From: Candidatus Harpocratesius repetitus
Lineage (GTDB): Archaea; Asgardarchaeota; Lokiarchaeia; Sigyniarchaeales; Promethearchaeaceae
Direction of reading: 5' to 3'
DNA: 32,000 nt
NCBI GenBank assembly: GCA_021498095.1
Contig: JAIZWK010000001.1
Span: 3,390,001-3,422,000 of the forward strand
The notes beneath the pieces were generated by a model. That model was not told where the DNA came from. It did not search any database and saw only the letters and a list, made by a program, of their open reading frames with translations. The position numbers and the translations under genes are program-made. Shown here piece by piece: positions 28,949-32,000 of this stretch. How positions within the stretch are numbered: the first letter of the stretch is position 1; each line of letters starts with the position of its first letter.

Positions 28949-31027
28949 TTAGATTCCGAAAATCTGCTCAGTTAGTTGATTAATGGGATCTACCTTTTCA
29001 AATTTTAAGATCTCACCAGTTAAACGCGCTTTTTGTAATAATTCAAGCTTTTCACTAGAAGATTTTAATTCTTGACAAAAACGATTCAATTTCTGTTGCG
29101 CTAAATAAGATTGTCCAGAAATAACATAAAAAACGGAAAAATCATTCACATTATTAATCAAAATGGTATAATTCTGAATTTTAATTCGATCCAAAGATTT
29201 AGCAAAAAATTCTTCACTAAAAGCATTAAAAGCGGCCATAAACGAACTGAATAGGCTTTTATCTTTTAATTTTTCCGAAAAATAATAATTATAAATTGAA
29301 ATTCCAGATTCCGTATTAATCATTAATAAAAGAGGTATTTCCGGTTGGATTTTCTCATATTCAACTTGCTTATTTGTGATTATCTGTTCCAAATTCTCTT
29401 TCAAAGATAAAAATTCAAGACATTCTAGTTTTGAAGCATTTCTTGCTTGTAACTCTTGCCAAAAATCATAATTTTCCAAAAAATGATCATATTCTTGTGA
29501 AATTCGAATGGATAAACGAGTAATCCCATATTCTTGGGTAACATGTTGAGCACGGGTCAAATTTTCCTGCGCTCTTGCCAAATTCAAATTGATCAGCTCC
29601 AATTTCGCTTGAAAAAAATATATTTCAGCCATAAGTGAAAAAGAATTTTCCTCATCTGCAATTTTTAGCAATTTAGAAAGTATGGGAGGGATATCATCCA
29701 AAAATGCAGGATCATTACTAATATACAATTGTTTTAATATAAAATCACAGTAATTTAGTAAAATTATTACCAGCAGTTCATTCACAATATTTTTTTTTTG
29801 CATTAACTCATGCAGAATTATGCCGGATTGAAATATTTTATGAGGTAGACCCATTTTTTTTAATACAATTGCTTTTGCTGTCAAGAATCGATTGTAAATT
29901 CGTTCATTACTATTTTCTTCTGCAATTTTTTCAATTTCAAGCACACAAAGATTTGCAGCTGGGAATTTATTAGTTTCAAGTAAAATCAAAATTCTATCAA
30001 AAAGAGTTACAGTAATTTCTAAAGGAAGATTCCTTTTTCTTTGAAGAGCAAGGGTTAAATCAGAATACTGTAATGCTTTTTTAAATTTTCCCTTTTTATA
30101 ATAAATTGAACTGATATTTCCTAATAACAGAGCAATTCCTCTTTGGTTTTCGATTTGGCGATTTATTTCTAATCCTTTTTCATAACTTTGCAGCGCTTTA
30201 TCTAAAAAACCTTGCATTTCATAAAGATAGCCCAAATTGATGAAGTTAGTAGCTTGACCTAATTTATCGCCAATTTCTGCAAAAATAAGATTTGATTTCA
30301 ATGTAAAATCAATTGCTTTTGGGTAGTATTTTTCAATTAATGAAAGATTTCCATATGCTTTCGCTAAATCTTTTTTTGTTCCAAACTTTTTACTCAACTC
30401 CAAATTGAGTTTATAAAACCTTATAGCATTTTGGATTTCGCCTGAATACCAAGCAAAATTTCCCTTAATAGAAGTCAATTTTAGATTTCGTTTCCAATAA
30501 TCTGTATTCTTATCATCGTTTTCTTCATTTTCATGATATTTGACATTCTTATTCTCTTCAACATTCGCTTTTTCTTCAATACTCTCATTATAGTCTTCCT
30601 TTTTTATATTTTGAAGATATTTTTCGCATTTCTTGATTAAATCAGGAATTTCATCAAATTTCCCCAAATTAATTAATATTTCTAATTTAATAAGAGTAAG
30701 ATCAAAAATTATTTGATTATTTGTTGTTTCTTCATATTTTTTCAAATTTTCATTAATTAAATCAAGATCTGAACCCAATTTTTTTGGAGATTCAAGATTC
30801 TGTATTTTAATTCTAAAAAATATGATTTGTTCTTCTATTGATAGACTTTTTGAATCGATATTTTCTAATAATTTTAAAACTTCCATAAATTTGCATTCTT
30901 TTCTTAGAATTTCTACCTTTTTAATTATATTCGCAATAGAAAACTGATCAGAAAGAAGTAACTCAGATTCTTGTGAAGATTCTTTTTGATTTATATGTTT
31001 TGAATGAATATAAGTGTTATTAGCCAT
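28949..31027 (-). CDS. TPR-repeat protein with C-terminal longin/roadblock-like domain
   Basis: TPRs such as LAKAYGNLS, QATNFINLGYLYEMQGFLDKALQSYEKGL and IALLLGNISSIYYKKGKFKKAL. C-terminal alpha/beta domain PLLLMINTESGISIY...LFSSFMAAFNAFSEEFF. Confidence 0.85.
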   Translation of the reverse strand: MANNTYIHSKHINQKESSQESELLLSDQFSIANIIKKVEILRKECKFMEVLKLLENIDSKSLSIEEQIIFFRIKIQNLESPKKLGSDLDLINENLKKYEETTNNQIIFDLTLIKLEILINLGKFDEIPDLIKKCEKYLQNIKKEDYNESIEEKANVEENKNVKYHENEENDDKNTDYWKRNLKLTSIKGNFAWYSGEIQNAIRFYKLNLELSKKFGTKKDLAKAYGNLSLIEKYYPKAIDFTLKSNLIFAEIGDKLGQATNFINLGYLYEMQGFLDKALQSYEKGLEINRQIENQRGIALLLGNISSIYYKKGKFKKALQYSDLTLALQRKRNLPLEITVTLFDRILILLETNKFPAANLCVLEIEKIAEENSNERIYNRFLTAKAIVLKKMGLPHKIFQSGIILHELMQKKNIVNELLVIILLNYCDFILKQLYISNDPAFLDDIPPILSKLLKIADEENSFSLMAEIYFFQAKLELINLNLARAQENLTRAQHVTQEYGITRLSIRISQEYDHFLENYDFWQELQARNASKLECLEFLSLKENLEQIITNKQVEYEKIQPEIPLLLMINTESGISIYNYYFSEKLKDKSLFSSFMAAFNAFSEEFFAKSLDRIKIQNYTILINNVNDFSVFYVISGQSYLAQQKLNRFCQELKSSSEKLELLQKARLTGEILKFEKVDPINQLTEQIFGI

Positions 31028-31531
31028 TATATAAATTCCCGCTTTTTCTTTACGATAAAGTTAACAGTTAATTGATTGACATTATTGGTTTATTTCAAGA
31101 CTTTACGAAATATTTTCTTCTATTTTTGATTTAATCATGAGTAAAAAAGTACTACTCTATTTGCAGATTATTGATAAGTAATAAAATTCTTCCATAAAAC
31201 CATTTTATATCTATACTTTTTTATTAAAAAGCTTTAACTTTCGAACTGCAATTTAATTATTTTATTTTGTTATCTGATAATATCTCCAAGAATATTCATT
31301 ATTAGATTTAAAACTAATAAAATATCTAAGAAATTTGATATTACTTAAAAATTTTAAATCATTTGGAGAAATATAAATAGAAAAGAATTAGTAATAAAAA
31401 ATTAAGAATTATCAAGAAAAATAAGGAAGAAAAGAATAAAAATTGAAAAAAGTATGAAAAAATATTTTAAATTATCTGGCTCGCTGAACAAAGCCTAAAA
31501 AATAAGAGTTAAACTACTTTAGAGGTAGATG

Positions 31532-32000
31532 TCAATATTTCGAACCTTTTCCTAGAATTACCATTAAAATCGAAAAAAAGCATAAAAAGATGAAGATAGG
31601 ATATCCAGAAATATGTCTTTGTATCACTCCGGGTTCATTTTCTGAAAGACCACCGTCCATGATTTTCCATCCAAATGTATTGATAATGTACTGTCTGGAG
31701 TCGTTCGCAGATTTGCTATATTGTGAATTTCCAGCGTCAAATGAAATATTAGCTTGTAAAGATAATTTCGACCTAATTTCTCACAACCCCAGAAAGTTCC
31801 GCTTAAATCAGTTGTTCTGCTTAAGTCGGGAGAATCAGTAGCGGTTAAATTCAAATTTTCGCATCCTGCAAAATACCAGCCTGAATTTCCCAATTCCAAA
31901 GATCCCCACTGCAAAATTTCCGTTATTTTCAGTCTATCTCCGTCAAAATCAAAACACCATCCATTAATGATTCCATTGATGATTAGGGTGTAAATACCCG
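31532..32000 (-). pseudogene. BspA/DUF285-type surface protein gene with internal deletion and frameshift; starts beyond the right edge
   Basis: Frame 1: GIYTLIINGIINGWCFDFDGDRLKITEILQWGSLELGNSGWYFAGCENL...FWGCEKLG. From about 31771 a second frame reads SKLSLQANISFDAGNSQYS...FGWKIMDGG...ISGYPIFIFLCFFSILMVILGK*. Confidence 0.78.

Overview
A very AT-rich archaeal window, most consistent with an Asgard archaeon of the Lokiarchaeia type. The basis is a Rab-like GTPase, a TPR protein with a longin-like tail, IPxY-anchored surface proteins and an archaeal MCM/Hel308 pair. Bases 1-11.6 kb hold core genes: HDAC-family deacetylase (partial), Rab-like GTPase, Zn-ribbon membrane protein, Hel308 with a large disordered insertion, intein-containing MCM, HEAT-repeat protein and AAA ATPase. 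Bases 11.7-17.6 kb hold an MFS transporter, a surface protein and an intact IS701/IS4-like element, bracketed by a 239-bp non-coding inverted repeat (229/239 identical). Next is a beta-helix protein with six near-identical PKD repeats. Bases 20.7-27.1 kb are a dense nest of mobile elements: three damaged IS elements and parts of four group II introns. The main finding is that two RT-encoding group II introns sit 26 nt apart, and those 26 nt are the 3' half of catalytic domain V of another group II intron. The EBS1/EBS2 loops of the downstream intron pair with this DV/DVI junction, so it appears programmed to home into the catalytic core of other introns. A complete ORF-less intron of the host type lies nearby, and its EBS1 pairs with the terminus of an ISH3-like IS. 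The window ends with a Cys-rich membrane protein, a TPR protein and a BspA/DUF285 gene whose repeat array is deleted.
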